A stretch of 64,000 bases of DNA from Prorocentrum cordatum (Eukaryota). Positions 26,428-37,488 of the stretch are shown here, in pieces. The stretch covers positions 62,001-126,000 of the forward strand of contig CAUYUJ010000214.1 in NCBI GenBank assembly GCA_963575745.1. The letters run 5' to 3'. Position numbers and translations under genes: made by a program. The first letter of the stretch is position 1, and each line of letters starts with the position of its first letter. The notes beneath the pieces were generated by a model. That model searched no databases and was not told where the DNA came from. It saw nothing but the letters and a program-made list of their open reading frames with translations.

Positions 26428-28146
26428 CCCAGACGGAGCTGCGCCAGGACAACCGCCCGCAGTGCCGACTGGGGAAGCCGCCGCCGCCCCGAAGGACGAG
26501 GACTGGGCCATGGCAGGAGCCTCCGAGGACGTGAGGAAGAGCGAGGAGAAGAGACGACTGGAGGTCTTGCAGCGTGACAAAGCCGAGCTGCTGGACCGCC
26601 TCGCGCTGATAGAGAAGCAGGAGTCGGAGATGCATGCCCGGCTGAACCCAGGCGAGGTCTACGACGGCTTGCAGAGGCGTCGCGGGCAGGCACCTCCGCC
26701 TGAGCGCGCTCTGCCTACATCTCCCGAGCAGCAGGGGGTCGGAAACGCGTGGAAGAACATGGAGGGAGTTCGACGACGTGCTCATCTTCCAGCGCCTCCA
26801 GGTGCGGCCAGCCCCGGAGCCGTGAACTCAGGTGCGCCTGCCGCTGCGACGGCACCTCCGGCTGCATCTGAAGCCCCGCGCGTAGTCACTGCATCTGGAC
26901 GGAGCTGCGTCATGAGTGCCGGCGCCACGCAGAGCGACCTGGAGAAGCAGCAGATGCATCGAGCTATGTACGACTCGCAGTTCGACGGCGAGAGGCTGGT
27001 CCCAGGTCCGAAGGCGAAGTTCGATCCAGAGCTCATGCAGCAGCAGGCTGCGTGTCCTCATCCGGCTGACGAGCTTAAGTGGCAGTCGAACGGCACCGTG
27101 ATCTTCGCGAAGTGCAAGAAGTGCTCGCTGAAGTCGGTGATCCACTACACGCTGGAGAAGCCCAAGGCGGATGAGGAGGACCCACTGCAGCGCGCGGACC
27201 CCTGGGCGGCAAAAGGGAGGATCTGCAACTCACGTGGTCACTCGCCGAGATGAGCGCCCTCGCGAGGCGATCGACGAGCAGTCCGTCATGCTTGTTGTCC
27301 TACCCGCGGGGCTGGTTATGATTGTCACGGGCTGCAAGCGGGCTGTCGGTGGACGTCCGTGGCACGTCGAGTTGCAGAAGACCTTGGATGCCATGAGCGC
27401 GCCGTACCACAGCATCAGCCAGCACGAGTACTTCAAGTTCGGTCCAGGTGTACCGCTCGTGTCAGACCGTGCGTGGTGCTACACTGTCGGCATCAACGGT
27501 GCGCAGTGCGAGGTTGTGATCTCCGAGGTCGATGCCGAGGTGCCCGGTCTCGTCGGCCCTGACGAGATGGCAGAGTGGGACGCGGCAATCAGCTTCAGGA
27601 ACGGAACTTTCACGGCGAACGGCGTGACCAAGCCGTTGGTCCCGGCTGCGTCCGGGCATCCGTGCGTGTCACTTCTGGATTTCCCGGCGCCGGTCGCGAG
27701 TGCCTTCCCCGTCGGGCAGCCAGAGGGGCAGGACGAGCTCGCCGACGAGATGTTCAGTGGCACTGCGAGCCACGAGGAAAAGGACGAATGCAGCGCTGCC
27801 GAGGCCGCCGAGGAGGGGGGCACGCACGAATTTGACAGCAACGATGGCGAGGACGCGGGCGATTCAGAGTTGAGCGCATCCCACTATCACACCAGCGACC
27901 CGGAGTCCTCGGAGACGGCATCGAGCGACGAGGAGGTCTTCATGGAGAACGCGGACAACGAGGCTTTCATGACGAAAGGTGCTCGCAGGCGTGTCCGGAG
28001 CAACATGAAGGAGCTGGAGGTTTTGATGATCGAGGAGATCGCGAACAGGAAGCTTCGGGCTGATCGGCAGGAGCAGGACGCCATCAAGCACTACCGGGAG
28101 GAACTCGTACTACCTCTTCGGCGGGAGACCCGGCGGCGACCGGGGC

Positions 28147-28690
28147 CCTGGAGGATTGTGGAAATCTTCGCATGGGCGTGCCAGCTCACGACCCTGGCGG
28201 CGAGTATGGGATGGGACGCCCACCAGCCCATCACAGCGCCAGCGTTCGACCTCCTGACGGTCCAGGGCAGGAGCGAGGCACGGGCGCACCTGGTTGCAGT
28301 TGATCCAGACTCCGTGGCCTTGTCCCCGCCTCGTACGGCGTGGAATCGACTGCAGCGCGTCGACCAGCGGAGGCCTATGCGAGTGCGCCGGCAACGACGA
28401 GAGCGGACTGAGTACCGCATGTTGCTCTCGTTCACAGACGAGGTGATGCAGTGGCAAGCTGCAGGAGGACGCGCAGCCATGGTAGTGGACCACGCGCAAT
28501 CGACAGCCTGGAGCCAGCCACCCATGAACGCAACGAAGTCGAACCCAGCATTCGAGGACGCGATCTGCCTCCAGAACACCACGCGGGTGTTGGCAAACCC
28601 TGAGGTTTGCACTGCTGCGCGCGGAAGCTGCGCGGAGGGGTTCGCCAAGGCTGTGATGACCGGTGCCGCGGATTACTTGGCCCGGCAGTG
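28147..28690 (+). other. Degenerate C5-cytosine methyltransferase-like domain inside copia pol
   Basis: Ordered motif remnants: RIVEIFAW (motif I, ELFxG-like), FDLL, LSPPRTAW (motif IV, SPPC with C>R), VDH at the motif VI (ENP) position, TTRVLAN, GFAKAV (motif X-like). Confidence 0.6.
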
Positions 28691-28770
28691 CGAGAACTCG
28701 AGCTTCCCTGCGGCGCACCTTCCGGGCCCCACGGAGGAGCCCAGGAGTTATGGACCAGAGCCCGCGGAGC

Positions 28771-28798
28771 ATGGTCCCGGAGAGGCTCCCGGGAACAT
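28771..28798. repeat. 28-bp palindromic site 3, ATGGTCCCGG-AGAGGCTC-CCGGGAACAT
   Basis: One mismatch to the arm consensus; 8-bp spacer. Confidence 0.88.
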
Positions 28799-29728
28799 TT
28801 CGGAAAGACCTGAGTGGGGCAAAACACCGCAGGAGATTCGAGCCGAGATTCGCGAGGCATTGCAGAAGACGGTGAAGGAGGAGTCCATGCAGCACCCCGC
28901 GGAGGAGGAGGAGGTTGCAGCCTCCTGGTCAGAGATGGAGCTCCCGGAGGTGGTGCGGCAGGACATCATGACGAAGATTCCCCGGAGTACGCGACGTGCC
29001 GTGCGGAAGGCCCATCGCGGTCTTGGACGCCCCAGCCGACCGACAGTCGTCAAGATGCTGCGTCTGGGCGGTGCCGCGCCCACCGCGATGGCATACGCGA
29101 AGCATTGGCAGTGCCCGACTTGCGCTGAGTCGGAGGCGCCGCCCCGTCCAGTGCAAGGGGCGGCGGACGTGCGACCATTCGGCTTCAACGTGGCGGTTGT
29201 GATCGACGTGAAGTACCTACGGGACGCGGCCAAGGAGCAGCTGGTGGTTCTCAGCATGGTGGACGCTGGCACGGGATGGCACTGCGCATGCCTTCTCAAG
29301 AATAGGACGGCCAAGCACATTGCGCGCCAGATCATGAGCGAGTGGTTCAAGCATTACGGCGTGCCAGAGAACATCGTGATCGATCAGGGCGGCGAGTTCG
29401 AGGGCTTCTTCAACGCGCTGATGGAGCAGTTCGGTATTAATGCGAAGACGACGGGAGCCCGTGCAGCATGGCAGCACGGCCTGGCAGAGCGCCACGGAGG
29501 CCTCCTCGGCACTATCTGGGGCAAGGTGGTGCGCGAGTTTCATGTCGAGGGCAAGTCGATGTCTACTGTGGCCCTGGCTGCTATCGTCAACGCGAAGAAT
29601 TCGACGATCTGCCGCAACGGGATGACCCCGGAGCGGGCTGTCTTCGGGCGGATCTTGAATTTCACGGAGGTGACCAACAGGGACGACGACGAGGTTCTCA
29701 TGTCGGTCCTCGGCGCTAAGGGCATAGC

Positions 29729-32700
29729 TTGGCGTTCGTCCCAAATCCGCACCGCAGCCAAAATGATGTTGCTGGAGCGCGACGCGACGGACAAGGTGCG
29801 GAGGGCGCTGCTGCGACAGGCGCCGACGGTCGTCGGCGATCTGCGCCCAGGATCGCGGGTGTTTTCTGGGCACCGAATCCGTTCAAGGGACGTCGTCGGC
29901 AAGATCCTGAAAGGTGGCGGGGTCCTGCGACTGTGATCGCGAAGGAATCCAACAGCCGGTATTACTTATCATGGCGTGGTCACGTGCTACTCGTTGCTCG
30001 TGAGCAGCTCCGGCACGCCTCCTCCCAGGAGGCCGCGGCCGCGGAGTCCATCCAGACGGACGTGCGGCTGACGCAGCAGCGAGATGATCGTGCCTTCCAC
30101 GACGTCGTGGACGTCACGCCCAAGGTGAAGGTCCAGAGGGTGAAGAAGACGTTCCTGAAGAAGCTACGCGAACGACACAGTGAGCTCGAGGGGTCCAGGC
30201 AGCCTCGCGTGGACCTGAAGGCCCTGAACGCCACCGAGGCGCAGGCTAAGGAGGAGGAGCCACCTGAGCAGGAGCAGTTGCCGCAGCTTCCACCTCCGAG
30301 GAGGGCCCGGTCTCGTTCCCCTCCAGGCCGGATGTCCTCTGGAACGTTCCCGGGAGCCTCTCCGGGGGCATCGGGCTCCGGTGGCCCTCCGGAGCCGCCG
30401 ATTCCCAGATGCGATTTCGAGCTCGAGCGGAAGCGGAAATTTCTGGTAGATGACGTGCCGAGCTGCATTAAGAGATCGCGTCTGCAGGCTGCCCCCACGA
30501 GTGGCTTGCCGGCCCTCCGCGAGGTTGCCATGAACGCTGTGGTGCACTCGGGGCCCCAGGAGTGGTTCGACCAGAACGCCTTGGATGGCATCTCCACGCT
30601 CGTTCAGAAGGTCGTGCGAGGAGTGCGTGTGCATCGAGAGCCGCGGCGGCGACTCTATGATCACGACCGTCACCGGGAGTGCAATCGCCTGTCGGTGATG
30701 CTCTCCGCCACGGGCCAGTGCGCCTACAAGGACGACGGCGCGAGCCGTACCAATCAGCGCATGGAGGACAGCTGGGTTGGCCTCGCGATCTTCTACCACG
30801 ACAAGCCGGATGCTCAGGCACAGGGTGTGTGCTATTTGGACACTCCGGATGGTCTTGTACGGCAGCCGCTGACTTACGAGGATTGGCTCAACGTGTCGTC
30901 CGTGTATGACACATGGCTGCAGGGGGCGCGGTACGAGTGCGACGTGTTCGCACTCGTGATGAAGCAGAACGCGAAGGAGCTAGACCCGCGTCACTTCGAC
31001 CAGCACGAGAAGGCTAAGTTCGACGAGGCCGATGCCGCCGAGTGGCGGCAGTGGATCGCCAACGACACGGTCGAGCTGGTCACCGAGGAGGAGGAGAGGA
31101 GCATTCCGAAGGACAAAATCATCTCGGTGCCCATGCGTTCGGTTCGCGCGAACCGGGTGCGAGGGTCAGAGTTGGAGGCGAAGTCGCGCTTGATTATCCC
31201 TGGCCATCTCGACCCGCAGCTTGGTCTATTCAGGACGGATTCGCTTGCCACCTCCCCTTTGGCCGTGCTGGTGTGTGCGTCTATCGCAATGGCGATGGAC
31301 TGGACATTCGAGTGCTTCGACGTAGCGACCGCGTTCCTGTCCGGGCTGAAGCTGGAGCGGGAGCTGTGCGTGAGGGCTCCTAAGGGCGGGCTTCCAGCCG
31401 TCGACGGCGCTGGATGGCCAGCTGTGCGGCCCTATGCGTTGCTTCGCTTGCTGAAGGGGGCGTGCGGTTTGACGGAGGCGCCTCGGTTGTGGTATCTCCG
31501 AGCCCGCCAGGTGCTGACGGACGAGGTCGGCTTCGTGGAGCTGCGCTGTGCTCGGGATGTCTTCGTTTACCGGGTGGCCAGCAAGTTGATTGCTATGTTG
31601 ACGATGCGCGTCGACGACGGCATGCTGTTTGGGGGCCCGCGCGACCCCCAGTGCTAGCAGGTGATGGCGAATATCAACAAGCGCTTCAACATCAAGCACT
31701 GGAAGGAGGGCAATGACACGGAGGCAGTCGCCTATCTCGGGGAGGAGTGGTGGCGCCACCCCGACCACATCGAGATCAGCATGCACGAGTACATCGGCAA
31801 GCTGACGAAGTACCCCCTTGCAAAGGAGGAGGACGAGGAGCGGGAGATGACCCCAGAAGAGCACCACGACTTCCGGAGCTTGCTCCAGAAGGTGCGCTGG
31901 CCTGTCGCACGCGTGGTGCCACAGCTCGCATACAGTGCGTCGGCGCTCGCACAGAAGGATCCGAAAGGTCGGCGGTTATTGCACCTGCGAGTGCTCAATG
32001 ACATCATCGACCGCCTCCAGGACTACGACAAGAGAGGTCTTGCGACTCTCCGGATCCGCCGCGTGGACATCGAGCGCTTGCAGGTGCTCACGCTCATGGG
32101 CGCTTCGTTCGCGAAGGAGCCCGGCTGTAAGAGCCAGATGGGGTTCATGAGCATGATTACGGACATGCGCGTGTTGAAGGAGTTAGCGGTGTGTTGTCTC
32201 GTGGAGTTCCAGAGCAGTACTATTACACGAGTTGTTGGATCCACGATGGCCGCAGAGTCTGCAGCTATGTCCGTTGCTTTGGATCGGCAGCTCTACCTCA
32301 GGCTGCTTATCGAGGCCATCTTGTACGGGGAGCCGCCCTTGCAAGGGGGCTGGAGGCTGGCGCTGAAGGTCCCTGGGGCGCTTGTGACGGATGCGAAGTC
32401 GCTCTACGATCACGCGTGCAAGATCGGTTCGATGTCGGTGTCTCGGCAGACCCTCATCGACCTGTTGGTGGCCAAGGACTTGATCGAGCAGGAGGCCATC
32501 AAGTTCAAGTGGCTGCCCAACAGCCACATGCTGGCGGACGTGCTGACGAAGGCCGTGCAGCCTAACGAGGTGCTGTTGCAGTTCCTCCGCCACGGAGTGT
32601 TCAGCATGGTGCCGACTGCCGAGCAGGAGGATGAGGAGGCGCACCGTCTGCGGCTGCGCCGCGGACAGCGTGAGAGAGCCAAGGAGCGGAAGGTCCAGCG

Positions 32701-32734
32701 CCGGGCCGCCGTTCCAGGGCCTGCGAGCCCATGA
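29729..32734 (+). pseudogene. pol: Copia pol part 2: reverse transcriptase and RNase H (in-frame TAG at 31655-31657)
   Basis: RT: KSRLIIPGHLDP, FDVATAFL, LLKGACGLTEAPRLW, RVDD (31607). RNase H: GASFA, MAAESAA, TDAKSLYD, MLADVLTK. ORFs 29729-31657 and 31661-32734 are in the same frame; the frameshift from integrase is near 29860. Confidence 0.92.
30344..30371. repeat. 28-bp palindromic site 4, ACGTTCCCGG-GAGCCTCT-CCGGGGGCAT
   Basis: Three mismatches to the arm consensus. Its spacer is the exact reverse complement of the site 3 spacer. Confidence 0.78.
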
Positions 32735-32963
32735 GGTCCTGTTGCAGCTGCTGCAGGGCCTGGTGGTGGCTACGGAGAGGTGTACACGTACATCGAGGTG
32801 ACTGTCTGGATCAGTGAGTCTGGACATCCATATTTCATATTCTGAGCCTCAGGCCGCACTTGTGCTTGAGGTGCTCCGGCCTGCGAGCCGGAAGAGGCGG
32901 TGGCGGCATGCGGCGTTTCACGCTTGTAGTAAGCGGCATCGGGGCAGCATTGTTCTCACCAAG

Positions 32964-33167
32964 GGTGAAGAGTGCAGCCTCTCTGCCCCTCTGCCGCCCT
33001 GTAGCGTCGTTACAGGCATGGATGCACGGATGGTGCGTTCTGTGCATAGTTTGCTTGCATGCGGCGCGCACGCAGGCCGCCGCCGTTTGGCCCTAGTCCT
33101 AGGTCCCTGGGACTGCACCGAGCAGACTGGCCGCCGCGCGGCCCGCGTGAAAACATTCACATTCACA
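32964..33167 (+). repeat. 3' LTR (204 bp; 5' edge may instead be 32951)
   Basis: Direct repeat of 23525-23728, ending TTCACA and followed by the TSD CCTGG. Confidence 0.93.
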
Positions 33168-34203
33168 CCTGGGTCGTCGAGCTCCTCGGGAACCGCGTTC
33201 GAGCCGATGTCGAAGCACTGCAACTCCCCGTTGCTCTTGTCCTTCTCGGGCTTCGGCGCGACGTCCTCCAGCGTCACACCCGCAACCTCATCCTCGTAGT
33301 CGCCGTCGCGTGACGCCGCGATGTCGCCTCCAGCCTGACTTGCCCGACGCCAAGCCATGAAGCTGAAGTCCATCACGTCGCGCTCGTAGCCGCCGTAGTC
33401 GTCGTAGTTGGTGCGTTGCAGCCGCCGTCGCTGTAGATATCGTACTGCTCGACGCTCAGCGGTGGATCTCCGCATCCACCCCCGCCAGGGGCGCCTCCAC
33501 GATCTCCTCCTTGTTGGCCGCCAGCCTCGATGACCATCGATTCCTTTTTGGCACCGGTGCCGGCGCCTCCTCCTGCATCTCCTCCTCGATCAGGTACGGG
33601 TCCCAGTCCACCTGGATGTTCTCCTTCACCTGGTTGTCCTCCTGCTGGTGCTGGTTCGGCTGCTCCGCGCAGGTCGCCTCCTGCACCAGCTCCGCTTGCT
33701 GCTGCTGAGTGCCAGCAGGCGGGAGACCCGCGCACGTCATGCAGTAGCCCCTGAAGCCGAAGTTGACGAAGCCGCAGTGGCCACACTTCCACTTGGGCAC
33801 GTGGTTCTTTGTCTTGCTGGCCGCTGCCGGCGATGCCATCGTCGCCAGCTGCCGCGGCCTCTTCCTGGGCTGGGCCCCCTGGCAGGAGCTCTCCCGAGCT
33901 GGTGACCAGGCGGCCGCCGATGCCTCCGCCCACAGCTTCTCCTTGGCTTCCTTGGCGTTCACGAAAGCCTCGCGGTTGATCATGCGCTGCTCCTGCTGGA
34001 ACTTCCTCTTGTACTGCTTCCTCTGGTTCGCACTGAGCTTCGAGCGCATCCACGGCACTCGGGCCCGCTGCGCGGGTGGCGTTCCCGAAAGCGTCGACAT
34101 TGAGCACGTAGACGCTGATCTCGGAGCCGCGAGCGATCTCGATGTCAGTCAGCAGCTTGCCAACCACCTGGCCGTCCGAGCTGTCCGCAATGAAGAATTT
34201 CAT
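33168..34203 (-). pseudogene. 5' part of a decayed ORF with a RanBP2-type zinc finger, interrupted by the copia insertion
   Basis: WKCGHCGFVNFGFRGYCMTC (33732-33791) fits W-x-C-x2-C-x3-N-x6-C-x2-C. Protein-like reading switches among three frames. The last segment ends ...EELDDPG at the TSD. Confidence 0.65.
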
Positions 34204-35800
34204 CACGACACCATCGCCCGCGCCGATGCGCGGCCTGGCTCGCGGGAGCTGCGCCCCCCCCACGCGCGCTCCCCGTCAGGGCCCCCCTCGGGCCCAGGAG
34301 GGGCTAGGAGGAGGAGGAGGAGGAGGAGGAGGAGGAGGAGGAGGAGGAGTGGAGTGGAGTGGACGCCATCACGATGTGATATTCTGAAACCGAAACTGCC
34401 GCCACTCAGAGGACGAAGAACAGGTGGAAGATGTAGAGGAGGACATAATTCCCCATCACCAGAGCTTTCACACAGGACCACGACTGGCAGCAGTAGCATA
34501 AAGTTACCGTGGTTGGAAACAACACGGCCCATTCGGAGAGCAGCGGGTTAAGCTGGTATGAATTCAATCCAATAAGGCCCTGCCCGAGCATGAAAGCGCG
34601 GAGCAAAATTCCAAGCAGCCACCACCTCGAGCATTGTCAGGCAACCCCACCCATCTCGAAAGAATAGGGATTAGTTATCTCCTCCACAGCCAGCCTCGCC
34701 CCTGCGAACAGAAACGCGCCTCACAGTACAATAAAATAATCACCGATTGTGCGAAATTCCACAGCTGCGATAGGGATTTTAAGTGAGCTCGAAGCCCGCG
34801 GCACCCCAAATACTGTAAAAGAGGAATGTAAGTGGGCTCGCAGCCCGCGGCACCCCATGCACCATAGAACACACTTGATGAACGAATTCAAAACAAGGTG
34901 CAGCAGCCCGAGGAACCAGTCGAAAACCGATTGGACCCGACCTAGCACCTGCACGAACAAGGAGAACGAGTACATGAAATTGAATTAGACCCCCCTTCGT
35001 CAACCCTGCTTGAATGCCGGTAGACCAGATTCAACGCGAAGGTGTCCCTCAAGCGCCGCGAGGAGGCGGGAGGCAGAGGAGCGGTGCTACATCCGAGAGC
35101 CCAAAGAGGTTGCTACGGCGCGCCGCTCCCCTGTGCTTGAGGGAGGAGGAGGAGGAGGAGGAGGAGGAGGAGGAGGAGGAGGAGGAGGAGGAGGAGGAGG
35201 AGGCGGAGAGGGGAGGAGGCGGAGGAGGAGGAGAGGGAGAGGAGGAGGATGAGGAGGATCGGGGGGGGGAGGGGGGGGGGGTGGGGGAATGAGGAGGAGG
35301 AGGGATGGAGTGAGGAGTAGTAAGAGAGGGGAAGGCGGAGGAGGAGATGAGGGAGGGAGGAGGAGGAGGAGGAGGGAGGAGGAGGTAGGAGGAGGAGGAG
35401 GAGGGAGGAGTAGGATTAGGAGGAGGAGAGAGGAGGAGGGGGAGGAAGGAGGAGAAGGGGAAGGACTCAGGAGGAGAGGATTATGATGGGATGAGGATGA
35501 GGAGGCGTAGGAAGTACATTAGGATGAGGAGGAGGCGGAGTCGTGCATTAGGGAGTGATGAGGATGCGGTGGAGGAGGAGGCAGGTGATCTTCTCTTGAG
35601 GCAGTATGCTTAGGAGAGTACGTAGGATTATGATGAGTAAACGTATGAGGAGGTGAGGGAGGAGTGAGTAGGTGGGAGGAGGAGGAGTAGGAGGAGTGAG
35701 GAGGAGGGGAGGAGGTATAGGTGGAGGAGGGCGGCGAGTGTGGGGGAGGGTACGTCAGCGGCGCGCAGGTGAGGAGGGAGAACCTGTGAGCGGCGCGCAG

Positions 35801-35842
35801 GTGAAGGAGAACCTTGACATCATGGACGAGTCCTACCAAAAG
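35801..35842 (+). CDS. Candidate host micro-exon (VKENLDIMDESYQK)
   Basis: CAG|G acceptor, AAG|GC donor, 42 nt, phase 0. Confidence 0.45.
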
Positions 35843-36679
35843 GCCTGGCCCACCCCTGAGCGTCCTTTCAAATCTTCTCCCCCGCGCTCTCCCTCTTTCC
35901 TTCCTTCCTCTCCTTCCTCTCCTCCGAGTGACGCTCGTCGGAGCTCGGTTGCGCTTGGCTGGAGGAAGCCGAGTGGCCTAGAAGCCCGACGATTGTACTT
36001 ATCCAGCCGGTTGGCGTGCTGTTTCTCCACAGAGTTTTTTTACCCCTCACCCGCTCGCGTGCCGATGCCCTCGCCGGGAGGACTTTCGTCCTCGGAGGGG
36101 ATCGGGGTCCCCCTTCGACTCCCGAGGCAGGATCGAGGAGCGATGATCGAGGAGGAGTCAAACATAGAAGTTCGTGGATGGATCGGGGACCAAGGAGGGA
36201 TCGAGGATCGAGGAGGGGATCGAGAATCCAGGAGGGATCGTGGAATGAGGATCGAGTGGGGGAGAAGTGCGCGGCAGAGCAGGCTGCGATCTAGCGCCCC
36301 CCCACCCCCCACCCCGGACAAGAGAGCACTCCAGCTCTCCACGGGCCATCCTGCATCTTCGGGCAGAGCAGCCAGGGGCAGATGCTGGTGCCTGCGTGTG
36401 GGCCCCTGGATGCCCAGAAGTCTGTACAAGTGGGAGTGACATGTTGTTCCTCCTCTCCTCCTTCTCCTCCTTTTCCTCCTCCTCCTCCTCCACCTCCAAC
36501 TTCTCCTCCTCCTCCTCCTCCTCCTCTTCTTCTTATTCTTCTTCTTCTTCTTATTCTTCATCCTCCTCCTCATTCTCCTCCTCCTTCTCCTTCTCCTCCT
36601 CCTCCTCCTCCTCCTCCTCCTCCTCCTCCTAGAGCCACTAGAGCCAAGCTCCTTCGCACTGCGGCCCTGCACTCTGAGC

Positions 36680-37030
36680 ATGCGTGTCCGCAGATTGCTG
36701 GAGATTTCGGTCAGTGCCGTAAGTGTGTGTTGGTGCCGTGCCAAGGCCTCGGAGCTCACGGCCTTCCTTGGGACCCCGTGCCGCCCGATGTTTTGGTCTG
36801 GGGCAGTGTTTAGGCCCAGTGGGGCCGTGTGTGTCCGCTCGAGGGAGGTGCACCCCACCCACCAGCTGTGTTTCTGGCCTGACAACGATGTCTTGTTTTG
36901 CATTGTGTGCGGTTGTTATAGCACTAACCAGTTGCGAGAATTGGCCTGCGTTTGCAGTTATAATCTCAGTCGAGCATGCTCCCAGAATCTGTCCAAGATA
37001 GGTAGGGGCCTCTTGCCTGGGAGCTGCGCT
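36680..37030 (+). mobile_element. Probable 5'-truncated retroelement fragment with a Cys/His zinc-binding motif
   Basis: VHPTHQL...FCIVCGCYS...LACVC...GRGLLPG, beginning just after a (CCT)n tract. The assignment to a LINE C-terminus is inference. Confidence 0.4.
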
Positions 37031-37488
37031 TGGGGCAGAGAGCGGCAGGAGCGGAGGGAGCGGGGGGGGCGGAGAGAGCGAGGGGAGAGCGCCGCGGCCA
37101 CGGCGCGACGGGCGGCGTTCGACCACGCCGCTGTCGCCATCTGCGGCATCAGGCGCCGCCCCGCTTCCGCCCCCCCCCCCCCCGCCCTGCTGCCGCTGCC
37201 CCGCCCTGACCCCCTTTTCCTACGGTCGCTGTTGACCTTGCCCTATATATCCTCCTCCTCTCCTCCTCCTCCTCCCTCCCTCCTCCTCTCCTCCTCCCTC
37301 CTCCCCATCCTCCTCTCCCCTCCTCCTCTTCCTCCTCCTCCTCCTCCTCCTCCTCCTCCTCCTCCCCTCCTCCTCCTCCTCCTCCTCCTCCTCCTCCTCC
37401 TCCTCCTCCTCCTCCTCCCCCTCCCCCCCCCCTCCTCCGAGACTTGCTTTGCTTACGTTGATTTTGCCTCTCTGCCGGGCCGCCCGTC

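Larger units (their letters stand above)
23807..27253 (+). pseudogene. gag: Copia gag plus long accessory region (in-frame TAG at 24497-24499)
   Basis: ATG in GCCGCCATGG context at 23807; LPEFDG...YREWRK gag-like motif; zinc knuckle CADCDQSGHWRGDPEC (25040-25087). ORFs 23579-24499 and 24506-27253 are in the same frame, separated by one stop. A second Cys/His motif, CPH...CKKC, lies at about 27053-27124. Confidence 0.85.
27171..29936 (+). pseudogene. pol: Copia pol part 1: aspartic protease, C5-methyltransferase-like domain and integrase (frameshifted relative to its neighbours)
   Basis: Protease IVTGCKRAVGG (expected DTG, 27321); HHCC-like AHRGLGRPS...CPTC (about 29013-29123); DDE residues VIDVKY, VIDQGGEF and AERHGG (about 29200-29495). 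Confidence 0.88.
23525..33167 (+). mobile_element. Ty1/copia-type LTR retrotransposon, full length (9.6 kb), coding region decayed
   Basis: Two 204-bp direct repeats (23525-23728 and 32964-33167); TGTGAA...TTCACA termini; flanking 5-bp CCTGG duplication (23520-23524 and 33168-33172); PBS after the 5' LTR; domain order gag-PR-IN-RT-RNaseH (integrase before RT = copia). Confidence 0.96.
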
